A stretch of DNA of 25,610 nt from a virus (taxonomy: Duplodnaviria > Caudoviricetes), in IMG/VR virus record IMGVR_UViG_3300046779_000069, positions 1-25,610 of that record. One strand, given 5' to 3'. Below, piece after piece: positions 24,877-25,610 of the stretch. Position 1 is the first letter of the stretch; each line of letters opens with the position of its first letter. The notes beneath the pieces were generated by a model that was given only the letters and a program-made list of their open reading frames with translations, did not search any database and was not told the origin of the DNA. The position numbers were made by a program, and so were the translations under genes.

Positions 24877-25610
24877 TACATCGCACCCCCGATGTACTGT
24901 TGGCGTGGCACGAAGCGAATCGCTGCCTTCTCATGATCTTCATAAGCCGCCAACTCCCAAGCCTCATCGTACTGTTGCTTGAGCATCACCAAGCGCTCGG
25001 CGCCCTCGGGAATCTTGCCTGCAATGTAGTACGCCAAACCGGCAGCCATGCAGGGGATGAATCGGAAAGGCACGTCCATCACGTTCACACCACCGCCCGC
25101 ATCTTGGGTGCGGCGTAGACGCCAGTAAACGAACTGATAGCTCTGGGCTGCATCAGGTGTGGGCCACACAGTCACGGCTGGCAGACTCTGCACGGATACA
25201 GGGGCTGCTGCCAAATGAGAAGCGGCAGTTGTGCCGTTTTGCCCACGGAAGCAGCTAATCAGGTCGTTACCGCTGATTGAGGTGTAGTTGATGGTCTCGT
25301 TGCCAATTTTCACAAAACCCGCTGCTGGCATGCCCAGAGTGGATGTCAACGAGATAGTTGAGTCTGTAGCCGAAATGCCAGACGCAAGAGTCGTGATTGC
25401 CGCTGCCGTTTGACCATCAAGGCGCTGTACCCAAACCTGAATCGGACGAGCTTGCTGAAGTTTGTTTGGGAGAGTCGCATAGGTCGAAACGCTGATGCGG
25501 GTAATTGTCAGGTCGGCTTGGTTGGATTGCTGCCCCGCCTGTGTGCGGATGACATGCTCCAACAAGTCAACGGTGTCGTTGGGGAGTGCATAGGTGCTCT
25601 GCCCCTGAAC
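24876..25610 (-). CDS. Head-tail adaptor-like protein, 5'-partial
   Basis: Frame stays open to the window edge (VQGQSTYALPNDTVDLLEHVIR...). Motifs RISVSTYATLPNK....RP.Q, VWPTPD, DVPFRF.PC..AGLAYY, LK..Y.E....A..ED. Confidence 0.7.
   Translation of the reverse strand, partial: VQGQSTYALPNDTVDLLEHVIRTQAGQQSNQADLTITRISVSTYATLPNKLQQARPIQVWVQRLDGQTAAAITTLASGISATDSTISLTSTLGMPAAGFVKIGNETINYTSISGNDLISCFRGQNGTTAASHLAAAPVSVQSLPAVTVWPTPDAAQSYQFVYWRLRRTQDAGGGVNVMDVPFRFIPCMAAGLAYYIAGKIPEGAERLVMLKQQYDEAWELAAYEDHEKAAIRFVPRQQYIGGAM

Noticed and set aside
501-25118. Many + strand ORFs (60-300 aa) in the ORF track opposite the structural genes
   Set aside because: They are antisense shadows of long, coupled minus-strand genes, with no RBS context or recognisable motifs.
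1-25610. Stop-codon reassignment, since no called gene ends in TAG
   Set aside because: Genes are intact and tightly packed under the standard code with no in-frame TAG. TAG avoidance is ordinary.

Overview
A 25.6-kb segment of a tailed dsDNA bacteriophage, most likely podovirus-like (no sheath, tube or bona fide tape-measure gene; it has adaptor, nozzle and internal-virion/ejection genes instead). Positions 1-350 (+) are the end of a probable replication module. A short intergenic unit (about 330-420) has a promoter, an anti-Shine-Dalgarno tract and a terminator. Positions 419-25610 (-) are one tightly coupled late region. In transcription order it holds: head-tail adaptor genes, small basic proteins, an inserted HNH endonuclease, virion structural genes, two tail fibres with peptidase-S74 chaperone domains, a 20-aa-repeat protein, a third fibre plus chaperone, a lysis cassette (membrane proteins, holin, GH19 endolysin), the nozzle, a C1q-like protein, and an ejection cluster (391 aa, GNAT, 820 aa, 1979 aa zincin/PLxRFG protein). 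Most interesting observations: (i) a recurring [MYFL]-[AKS]-x-G-G motif across three gene products beside a tape-measure-like 'GPGDG-SDSIP-GEFV' domain and a GNAT, suggesting a polyprotein maturation system; (ii) a candidate ~55-nt anti-RBS small RNA; (iii) an HNH gene flanked by a duplicated RBS/stop-start junction; (iv) a ~65-aa module shared by adaptor and nozzle. All family assignments are by eye from motifs; no database search was run.
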